DNA from: Eledone cirrhosa
Lineage: Eukaryota
NCBI GenBank assembly: GCA_964016885.1
Contig: OZ024740.1
Coordinates: 203,918,001 to 203,982,000, forward strand
Length of the DNA stretch: 64,000 bases
Direction of reading: 5' to 3'
Positions within the stretch are counted from its first letter, which is position 1; every line of letters starts with the position of its first letter. The notes beneath the pieces were generated by a model. That model did no database searches, was not told where the DNA came from, and worked only from the letters and a program-made list of their open reading frames with translations. This document shows, piece after piece, positions 53,490 to 64,000 of this stretch. A program made the translations under genes and the position numbers.

Positions 53490-53900
53490 TAGCCATTTGC
53501 AGGAAATGGTGTCGTTGTTCCTTTATATTATGTGTTTTAGCTATTTCTACTATGTATGCACCAATTCACAAATTTTAAGTTACCCAGGGAACGATGAAAT
53601 GGTATAAAATATATTAGGTGAAACAAGTGACTGTAATATTTCTTGCTAGAAACATCAACCAATTTTCCTTCTTTTTACTTTTTGTTTTTTAAAGGCAATT
53701 GTATACGATATAAGTAAGATCTTTTTGGTTGATATTTCTAGCAAGTAATATCCTAGTTGCTGTTTCACGTAATATGTCTTATATTTATTCATCGTTTCCT
53801 GGGTAACTTAAGAATGTGTGAATTGGTGGATACATAGTAGAAATAGTTACACATACAATATAAAGGAACAACTTCACCATTTCCTGCAAATGGTTAATCA
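53490..53900. repeat. Diverged ~175-bp inverted repeat
   Basis: CCATTTGCAGGAAATGGTG...TTGCTAGAAACATCAACCAA mirrored by TTGGTTGATATTTCTAGCAAG...CACCATTTCCTGCAAATGG. Confidence 0.85.
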
Positions 53901-54754
53901 ATATTGTTCAATGTGTTCTTCCTTTTCCCTTTGTAAGCTGCGTTCGAGTGAATATATGGTTTATTGTGCTGTAGTTCTTCGGAAAACATACCTGCTCCCT
54001 GGACTGTTGGTCGTCGAGGTGTTTCGATCATCTAAAATTACGACCTTTGTAAACAACTTTAAGAGTTAAGACATGGCGGATAGAGAGACATAGATTCTAA
54101 GATAAATATCAAATTCCTAATTAATAACTTCCTTTTTACTATGTCTGAAAAGAAGAGATATGATGATTACTGCTTGAATGCCTCTGATAATATCGCTGCT
54201 TAATCAAGGTTGATCTTTATCTAAACAACATAACAACAACAACAACAACAACTTATTAATAATATGTTTATCGTTTCGAGATGATTTTGTCGATTTCAGT
54301 TGATATTTTAATGTTTATGTCTGACATAAATGAATCCATTAACAGCCACTGTTGTAGAATAGACAGACATTAGCAGTCTTCCAAATGTTTTCTCTTCCTT
54401 ACACAAGTATAAATCTGTAAAAGATGAATATAAACTGTGGCTTGCTAAGTCTCAATACGTTTCAATCATCATATTTATATTGAAATATTGTCATATACAT
54501 ATAATGGCTCTATATTTTATTTTTTGTGTTAACGTCATTATTGGTTTTTGTTTTGTTGTTATTATTTTGCCCAAGGTCAGTCTAGGTCAAAGGCATTTCA
54601 GTTATGACAATCCTATCTTTCAGTTATTCCTTCATTCGTTGTGTTAGTTACTGAATGGGTTATTTCTTATAATGGTAATGTTGCATTTAAGGGAGCTTTG
54701 TAGAAGATCTTTCTTTCTCTTGTTGGTTTGTTTGTAAATCCATTTTATATACTA

Positions 54755-55255
54755 AATACCATTTAATGTTTATAATAATATAGCTAAAGCTACCAACCAT
54801 GAGTAGATAAGCACTTAGTCAGCGCCATTACAGAAAAGGTTTTAACAGAAACTGCCTATAAAGGGTTTAATATAGCACTCCAGACATGAAAAGTATAACA
54901 ACTCATAAAGCATAAAAACCTACAAAAGACGATCATGTAGAGTAAAAGAAACATGACAGTGTTGAAACACTGAGACAATGTTGAAGTCAACTCTACTAAT
55001 GTCAACAGAACAACCACGACTATACATTACAGAAGGATAGTAGAAGGAAAATTGTAGCAAAGATATGCCAACCACGCTGCTTCTTTCTGTGAAGGTCAAG
55101 GAACAGCCATGGAATTGTCTAACTACGTTTAATAACTAAAAGAGATAAATATTCCCTATAAAATCAAATGAAGATTCTAAGAATGAAGCAACTCGTATAT
55201 TAATAGCACGAAATGCTGTTAGTTATGCGCAGCAGAAAATACTATCATACTGAAC
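54755..55255 (+). pseudogene. Highly decayed Penelope-like GIY-YIG fragment
   Basis: Reads roughly PFN..NIAK..VDKH..FNRN, then IVEGKL*QRYANH.ASF, ELSNYV, IPYKIK, CC*LCAAE, paralleling the 13346 ORF. Confidence 0.65.
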
Positions 55256-56134
55256 ATTATTATGTTTCTATGCTCATCCTCAGAAACTTTTGACCAATTC
55301 TACCATTTCTATTAGTATTTATTAAAAGACGATGAAGTGGCAGAGTCGTTAGAACGTCGGATAGAATGCTTTGCAATGTTTGTTCCAATTCCAACTATAC
55401 TGCGTCTATTTGACTGAGCATAGCAAAGGAAAGTTTCAGAAATTGTTCAAAACGGTAAAACTATTTGAATAGATAAGTTAGAAGGGAGAGTTGATATTCT
55501 TCAAATGTCTTTCATTGATCGTAGATAATTATCAGTTAGAGAAGTCTTTTATTTTTACTGTTGCAACGAAAAAAATGTCGGACATTGCTGAAAAGCGTTT
55601 ATGTATCTAGTACATGAAGACATCGAGACCAGCCATCCAGTCTGTTCTTGAATAACGTAGTGAACCAAATATAGATGCTGCAATGCCGTTGTCATTGAAT
55701 AAAAAATATTAATGATAGGTTTTGTCGTTCTTGTGGAAATTTGCGAAATATTTAAATCGTTTTCTTGAGTGCAATTTGCAGGGAAATGAAACGGACTAGG
55801 TTTAGAAAAATCAACGAAATTCTTAGTCAAATAACATAAAGTAAATGTCTTCATTATATCAAATACATTGCTGTACAGTTAGTTACATGACGTTTAGCTA
55901 TCAATCTATTTCTGTCAAACAAATTATGTCTAGTGTTTAGCTATCAACTCATATGTAGTATATCCAAATTTATATATTAGTCTTCTTCTTCTTCTTCTAC
56001 GAATGTTCATTTTTTTTTTTACTGCTTTCAGTCATACCGCTGTGGCCATGCTGTAGCCTCGCTTTCGAACCCAGCACTTTGATTCATACTTTTTTCACCG
56101 AACTCCTAAGATATTGAAATACTTGCGATCCTTA

Positions 56135-56492
56135 TGAGAAGCAGGCGTGGGTAAATAACATTACTTTATTCGGTGGAATGGACCTCCTTCTGTTTCGACG
56201 CTGATTGTTGCAGTTGTGTAAGTAACAACATTCACAGAAACATGCCCCCATAACGTATTTTTCAACGAAATTCAGTGCAACACAGCGCGTGACAAAGCCG
56301 ACTATTTGAATTAAAGGTACTTCCATCCGACGGGCTTCAACAGTTTCCGTCCACTTAATTTTATTCACAAAGTATAGGGTCGAGCCGAGACTATGCTAAA
56401 TGACATTCGCAAAAAATGTCATGCAGTGGGATCGAACTCGGTACCATAGGATTGCGAAACGAGTTTCTTTACGATTCAGTCATACTGCACTC
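56135..56492 (-). mobile_element. Decayed tRNA-derived SINE (different CORE-like family)
   Basis: GCAGTGGGATCGAACTCGG is a reverse B box; CAGTTTCCGTC.AC..AATTT.A.TCACAA shared with 9960-10075. Confidence 0.55.
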
Positions 56493-56717
56493 CACCTTAT
56501 CCAGTAAGACGCTTATAATCTTAATTTGAGGGTTGTAGTCCATCAAATTCTCTTTTGTATAATCGGTAATGCGGTCGTCCGATATATGACAGATGCACGG
56601 TTCGACATGTGTGGGCGGTCAGGTTTACTTTCTCCGTTTTAAGCCAAGCTTCTCGATGTATATATTCATATTTAATTATAACAATCTTAACAGTTTTCAT
56701 TATATATATGTATGTGA

Positions 56718-57580
56718 GGGCAGTGGATTGGCAGAATCAGTAGAGCATCGGACACCATGTTTCGTGGCATAGAGTTAAGGCCCTTTACAGTCTGAGTTCA
56801 AATCCCGCCGAGGTTAGCTTTGCCTTTCATCCTTACGGGGTCGATAAAATAAAGTACCAGTAATGCACTGGGGTGAATTTAAACGACTCTTCCCCTCCCC
56901 CCAAATTATTGGCCTTGTGCCTAAAGTAGAAACAATTATATATATGTGTATGTATGTGCATGTGTATGACTGATAGATTGGTAGATAAATAAAAAAGGGG
57001 GTTTGTTCACCACCTATTGCTTAACAAGAAATAATTGTCCTAGTGTATTACTGGTACTTTATTTTATCGACCCCGTAAAGATGAAAGGCAAAGTTAACCT
57101 TGGCGGTATTTGAACTCAGTCCGTAAAGGGACGTAATTCTATGCCGCGAAGCATGGTGTCCGACGTAACAAGAAATAATTGTTTCTACTTTAGGCACAAG
57201 GCCAGCAATTACCCAGTGCATTACTGGTACTTTATTTTATCGACCCCGTAAGGATGAAAGGCAAAGTCAACCTCGGCGGGATTTGAACTCAGATCGTAAC
57301 TATGCTGGAAAGCATGGCGTCCGACCCTCTACCGATACTGCCAATCCACCGTAACAAGAAATAATGGTTTCTGATTTAAGCACAAGGCCAACAATTTTTG
57401 GGAGGGGAAAATCCATTAAATCGAGGCCAGTGCATTACTGGTACTTTATTTTATCGACCCCGCAAAGATGAGTGGCAAAGCTAACCTCGGCAGGATTTGA
57501 AATCAGAACGTAAATGGACGTAATTCTATGCCGCGAAGCATGGTGTCTGACACTCTCCCGTTACTGCAAATCCACCACCC
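56718..57580. mobile_element. Meta-type SINE cluster: one plus copy (56718-56936) and three minus copies (~57030-57580)
   Basis: Same diagnostic core; minus copies separated by AACAAGAAATAAT. Confidence 0.88.
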
Positions 57581-57774
57581 TTTAGCAGGAAATAATAAGT
57601 ACACTCATCAGACTTAGAACATATACTGCAAAGGGTGTATTTGTGTATAATTACCCAGAAAGTTGGTATTTAATGCCGGCCATGCTGCATCCACATATGT
57701 CTACTATACTGACATATAATAAATCATTTATCGCATATATCGGTCAATACTAGTTTAACCATCAGCTAGCGTGG

Positions 57775-59975
57775 TAATAGATAGTTTGTGTAGATGTACT
57801 GGTAAATGTTAGCTAGTGTGTGTATATATCCTGGTGAGCTAGTGTGTGTATATATTCTGGTGAGCTAGTGTGTGTATATATCCTGTTAAGCTAGTGTGTG
57901 TATATATCCTGTTAAGCTAGTATGTGTATATATCCTGTTAAGCTAGTGCGTGTATATATATCCTGGCAAGCTAGAGTGTGTATATATCCTGTTAAGCTAG
58001 AGTGTGTATATATCCTGGTAAACCAGTATGTGTATATATCCTGGTAAGCTAGTGTGTGTATATATACTGGTAAGCTAGTGTGTGTATATATCCTGGTAAA
58101 CCAGTATTTGTATATATCGTGGTAAGCTAGAGTGTGTATATATCCTGGTAAGTTATAGCTAGTGCGTGTAGATGTACTGGCAAATGTTAGCTAGAGTATG
58201 TATATATTCTGGCAAGCTTGTGTGTGTATATGCCTTAGCTGGCGTGTATATATCTTGGCAAGCTTGTGTGTGTATATGCTTTAGCTGGCGTGTATATATC
58301 CTTTAGCTGGCGTGTATATATCCTGGCAAGCTTGTGTGTGTATATGCCTTAGCTGGCGTGTATATATCCTGGCAAGCTTGTGTGTGTATATGCCTTAGCT
58401 GGCGTGTATATATCCTGGCAAGCTTGTGTGTGTATATGCCTTAGCTGGCGTGTATATATCTTGGCAAGCTTGTGTGTGTATATGCCTTAGCTGGCGTGTA
58501 TATATCCTGGCAAGCTTGTGTGTGTATGTGCCTTAGCTGGCGTGTATATATCCTGGCAAGCTTGTGTGTGTATATGCCTTAGCTGGCGTGTATATATCTT
58601 GGCAAGCTTGTGTGTGTATATGCCTTAGCTGGCGTGTATATATCCTGGCAAGCTTGTGTGTGTATATGCCTTAACTGGCGTGTATATATCTTGGCAAGCT
58701 TGTGTGTGTATATGCCTTAGCTGGCGTGTATATATCCTTTAGCTGGCGTGTATATATCCTGGCAAGCTTGTGTGTGTATATGCCTTAGCTGGCGTGTATA
58801 TATCCTGGCAAGCTTGTGTGTGTATATGCCTTAGCTGGCGTGTATATATCCTGGCAAGATTGTGTGTGTATATGCCTTAGCTGGCGTGTATATATCCTGG
58901 CAAGCTTGTGTGTGTATGTGCCTTAGCTGGCGTGTATATATCCTGGCAATCTTGTGTGTGTATGTGCCTTAGCTGGCGTGTATATATCCTGGCAAGCTTG
59001 TGTGTGTATATGCCTTAGCTGGCGTGTCTATATCCTGGCAAGCTTGTGTGTGATGCCTTAGCTGGCGTGTCTATATCCTGGCAAGCTTGTGTGTGTATAT
59101 GCCTTAGCTGGCGTGTATATATCCTGGCAAGCTTGTGTGTGTATATGCCTTAGCTGGCGTGTATATATCCTGGCAAGCTTGTGTGTGTATATGCCTTAGC
59201 TGGCGTGTCTATATCCTGGCAAGCTTGTGTGTGTATATGCTTTAGCTGGCGTGTATATATCCTTTAGCTGGCGTGTATATATCCTTTAGCTGGCGTGTCT
59301 ATATCCTGGCAAGCTTGTGTGTGTATATGCCTTAGCTGGCGTGTATATATCCTGGCAAGCTTGTGTGTGTATATGCCTTAGCTGGAGTGTATATTTCCTG
59401 GCAAGCTTGTGTGTGTATATGCCTTAGCTGGCGTGTCATATGCAGTGACAAGCATTATCTAATGTTTATATGTGTGTATATGTATTTGTTACTCTTGATA
59501 GCATGTGTATTGCCCTGGTATGCATTAACTAGCATGTGTATGTTTACTGATAAGCTTTGATTGTGTGTGAGTATATGTTTTGGTACATAGCATGTGTATA
59601 TGTATTGGTCAGCCATGATACTGTGGCAAGCATTAGCTATTGTGTATATAGAGAGGTATGTATTCGCTAGTGTGTATATATATAGAGGTATGTATATATA
59701 TAGTGTGTATATATAGTGGTATGTAATAGCTAGTGTGTATATATAGAGGTATGTATTCGCTAGTGTGTATATATATAGAGGTATGTATTCGCTAGTGTGT
59801 GTATATATATATATAGTGGTAATCATTAACTAACATGCGTATATGTAGTGGTATGTATAAGTTAGTGTGTGTATATGTGTAGTGGTATGTATTAGCTAGT
59901 GTGTGTATATGTGCTGGTATGTATTAGCTAGTTTGTGTATATGTAGTGATATTAGCTAGTGGTATATATTTGCTA
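57775..59975. repeat. Minisatellite: 26-bp unit (ATATATCCTGGTAAGCTAGTGTGTGT) converting to a homogeneous 46-bp dimer unit (58200-59435), then degenerate derivatives
   Basis: AGTGTG at 57841/57867/57893 (26 bp); TCCTGGCAAG at 58321/58367 (46 bp). Confidence 0.93.
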
Positions 59976-60068
<93 letters not shown>

Positions 60069-60094
60069 GGTGAACTATCTTCATATATACGTTC

Positions 60095-60415
60095 TTGGTG
60101 TTTTGGGGCCTCCGTCGGTACCGACGACGAGTATTTTTTTTTCAGTTTATAAACACAACAGTCTGCTAGTGGAACTAACGTGCAAGTGGCTGAGTATTCC
60201 GCAGACACGCGAATCCTTAACGTAGATTTCAGGGAGATTCAGCGCAACAGTATGTGACAAAGTCAATCCTTTGAATTAGAGATACAACACATTTTACCAA
60301 CTATGTGTACTGAAGCAACGTAGAATAAAGTGTCTTCCCCCAGGACATAACGGGCTGCCTGGAACTCACGACCTAACAAGCGTGAGCCGCTCACCCTAAC
60401 CACTAAGCCACGTAC
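60095..60415 (-). mobile_element. CORE-type SINE
   Basis: Ends CCCTAACCACTAAGCCACG, the reverse of the tRNA-like head. Confidence 0.78.
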
Positions 60416-60609
60416 CATCACATATATGGTATGTAGATATTATCTCTCTGCCATATTATGACAACCCACATAATGCCTAGTATTAAATGTTTATTTCGTG
60501 TGTTGTAGTTAATCCCTGGAGATATAGGGTGTTATGTTAAACACTATAAACCCATCAATCTTGTTGAAAATAAAATACTTTTGGCAGCATCGATGTTTCA
60601 GACACACAT

Positions 60610-60672
<63 letters not shown>

Positions 60673-60800
60673 TATATATATATGTAGAAGTTCTATTTAA
60701 ATTGTTGGGATACAACAAGCAAATATTTTTATAACTGATATAAAGCACTCAACAAATTAAGGGTATGTCAATATTTATTTATAAAACTGATCAATATTAT

Positions 60801-60863
60801 ATTTTATCTGATGAAAGCACACCATAATTTAACTTGGTGTCCTTGAAATATGTATAATGAAAT
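60801..60863 (+). ncRNA. Type I hammerhead ribozyme motif with canonical core
   Basis: ATTTTAT-CTGATGA-AAGCACACCA(TAATTTAACT)TGGTGTCCTT-GAAA-TATGTA-T-A-ATGAAAT; 7-bp stem I, 9/10-bp stem II. Confidence 0.8.
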
Positions 60864-60926
60864 AAATATGGTTTTATAAATATAATTTCCATTTGTTAAT
60901 ATATCGTATATATATATATATATATA

Positions 60927-60998
60927 CAGGTTTTCCCCAAAAAATGTATACACACTTTAAGAGCATTCTAATAAATGTGTATACATTTTTTAGAGACC

Positions 60999-61001
<3 letters not shown>
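60927..61001. mobile_element. 75-bp Tc1/mariner-type MITE
   Basis: TA-CAGGTTTTCCCCAAAAAATGTATACACA / TGTGTATACATTTTTTAGAGACCCTG-TA. Confidence 0.75.
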
Positions 61002-61915
<914 letters not shown>

Positions 61916-62077
61916 TATATATATATATTCATTTATGTTGTGTGGTTCACTAATGGGTAGAACTGGTCATTCCGTTGAGTTAACCATGATGTAATAGTAA
62001 TAAAAGTACTAGGTTAAGCAACCCATCCACCGTTGATGTTCAATCTCGTGGCTGGTGCAGAAACGGAGTTAAATATC

Positions 62078-62432
62078 TATTTAATTTAAACAACAGAAGG
62101 ATGCACTGTAAATATACCTTTATGTTTTTAATCTTTCAAAAGACACTATATATATATTTCTATGACCTGTTTACGTAAGACCCTGCCGACATCATCAGGT
62201 TGGGATTGCATAATTAGTTAATCAATAAAAGGAATTATAGCAAACACAAACAATTATTCGGAGATGGCCCGTAAATTCGGTGTTATTGTTGCGGCTGACC
62301 ATCTCTGGAGGTGGTCTGCCGCATGTCAGGGTCTTATGTAACCAGGCCATTGAAATATATATATACTGTTTTTTACAACATTATAATTTTAAAGGGATAT
62401 TTCCAGTCCGGCCTTCTGTTGTTTTAATTAAT

Positions 62433-62436
<4 letters not shown>
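62078..62436. repeat. Diverged ~115-bp inverted repeat
   Basis: AAACAACAGAAGG..ATATATATTTC.ATGACCTG.TTAC.TAAGACCCTG mirrored at 62325-62430. Confidence 0.7.
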
Positions 62437-62519
<83 letters not shown>

Positions 62520-62646
62520 TATTTTATATATACAGTAGATAGCAGCTGTTTTAGGTTATGTAACTGTTATAGAAACACGTGTCAATAAATTCCTTTCAAC
62601 TAAACTGTATCCATTCAAATCTTTCTATATATATATATATATATAT

Positions 62647-62853
62647 ATAGGAACGAGCAGGACCCCGACGGCTGAGCTCAAGCCGTTTCGACGGCTAATT
62701 CTGGACTAAATTTAGTCCAGAATTATATGTGTATATATAGAGGTATGTATTCGCTAGTGTGTATATATATATATATAATTCTGAACTAAATTTAGTCCAG
62801 AATTAGCCGTCGAAACGGCTTGAGCTCAGCCGTCGGGGTCCTACTCGTTCCTA
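62647..62853. repeat. Near-perfect ~80-bp inverted repeat with internal palindromes
   Basis: GGAACGAG.AGGACCCCGACGGCTGAGCTCAAGCCGTTTCGACGGCTAATTCTGGACTAAATTTAG and its reverse complement. Confidence 0.9.
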
Positions 62854-62930
62854 TTACCCACTCTACTACCCAAAGCATTGAGTACTTTGGTGCGTTATGG
62901 TCCACCTGGTTCCTTACCACATTTTCTTCG

Positions 62931-63000
<70 letters not shown>

Positions 63001-63419
63001 TAGGTGTAACAACAGTTGCAGACCCACTCAATGCTGTTACAAGATCCGTTTCGTTTGGGCTGTAGTGCACAAAGTGTAAATAGATTTAAAAGAATCGAAG
63101 TCAGTGTTGCAGCATAATGACCAACTTTATTGGCACATTACAATTGTTTCGATATCGATCAGCTCAAGATGACGAGGCCCGACTCTTTTTCGACATCTCG
63201 TCAGGTATGCGAGTTTATATGTGCAAAACACTTTGGCAGAAAATAGATTGATATAGCTCCAGTCAAGGATCGAAACTCTATCCCGGCGACTGAAAGTTTT
63301 GAACCTAGCCTCATGTCCTGCTGAAAACTTGGACATAGGCGTTAATACTAATTGCTCACTCACTAATGAAGAAATTTGAGAAGCACAACAATCTGACAAC
63401 GTCCAAACATACAGGGTAT

Positions 63420-63575
63420 ATTGATTTTTAATTTAGGCACAAGGCCAGCAAATTGGAGGAAAGGGTGAAGTTGATAAGTCAACCCTAGTATTTGACAGAT
63501 ACTTTATTTTATCGATCCCAAATGATGAAAAGCAAAGTTGACCTGTGCGGGATTTGAAATCAGAATGTAAACAGC
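63420..63575 (-). mobile_element. Decayed Meta-type SINE
   Basis: TTTAGGCACAAGGCCAGC...TTTATTTTATCGATCC...GCGGGATTTGAA. Confidence 0.7.
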
Positions 63576-63584
63576 ACATACAGG

Positions 63585-63802
63585 GAATATCTATAGTCTA
63601 CGCTGTGTAATAATCTGACTTGTCTACCGAGTTATGGTTACGTTTAGGGTTAGGGTTTGAGTTAGGGTTAGATTTTGTAGTTAAGGTAGACTGCACGCTG
63701 AACTGTAAATGACCAAGTAGATCGCACACTGAACTCTAAATAACCAGGTAGACCATACACTGAACTGTAAATGATCAGGTAGACCGTAAGCTATAGTGGT
63801 AC
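63585..63802. repeat. Small element with TTAGGG-like tract and 30-bp tandem repeats
   Basis: TTAGGGTTAGGGTTTGAGTTAGGG; three copies of GTAGA..GCAC.CTGAACT.TAAAT.A.CA.; short inverted ends CTATAG. Confidence 0.55.
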
Positions 63803-64000
63803 CTACCAAAAGGCTGTAGTTGCTCGCACTAATGGTGGAGTTTCTGCACACCTGCTTGACCGACTAGATATCTCTATCTTAACGATCGATAAGATCCCAA
63901 ACCTCATTCGTTTACCGAGTGGAGTGGAACTCGTCAAATCGGATCAAGGTAACAATGTTTCCATTGATATTTCTGTTGCTGATACTATCTACCGGTCGCA

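Noticed and set aside
55255-55290. CTGAGGA-TGAGCATA-GAAA on the minus strand next to the decayed GIY-YIG fragment
   Set aside because: Stems I and III do not pair convincingly, and it is antisense to the ORF remnant
55555-55854. 99-aa minus-strand ORF, and the 90-aa ORF at 63127-63399, as host exons
   Set aside because: No recognisable domain or splice support; lengths are compatible with chance or decayed transposons

Overview
Repeat-saturated, AT-rich eukaryotic (animal) genomic DNA with no recognisable host protein-coding exon. The tRNA-derived SINE families suggest an octopod cephalopod; this is inferred from recalled motifs, not searched. The window holds a ~9 kb G-rich 29-bp satellite with higher-order repeats (1-8.9 kb), large (TA)n/(CA)n/(TATG)n/(TAA)n fields, and two further minisatellites. 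Retroelements: an internally deleted Tx1/L1-type LINE, a near full-length R4/Dong-type RLE LINE plus truncated relatives in (TAA)n, CRE-like RLE fragments, RTE fragments, a ~600 bp non-autonomous RTE-like family in (TATG)n, Penelope-like GIY-YIG remnants, and many Meta-type and CORE-type SINEs. DNA elements: two deleted Tc1/mariner elements, MITEs and a probable non-autonomous Helitron. The most interesting signal, read by eye on both strands, is about 11 type I hammerhead ribozyme motifs with palindromic stem III. They sit in short non-coding cassettes between (TA)n tracts, often as inverted-repeat pairs, and one lies directly 3' of a Penelope endonuclease ORF. Several carry recurrent non-canonical cores: a U3-A8 covariation, a U10.1-U11.1 mismatch, or a stem II with a ~80 nt loop. 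Most short ORFs in the supplied track are microsatellite or antisense artefacts. Folding was done by hand and nothing was computed or searched.
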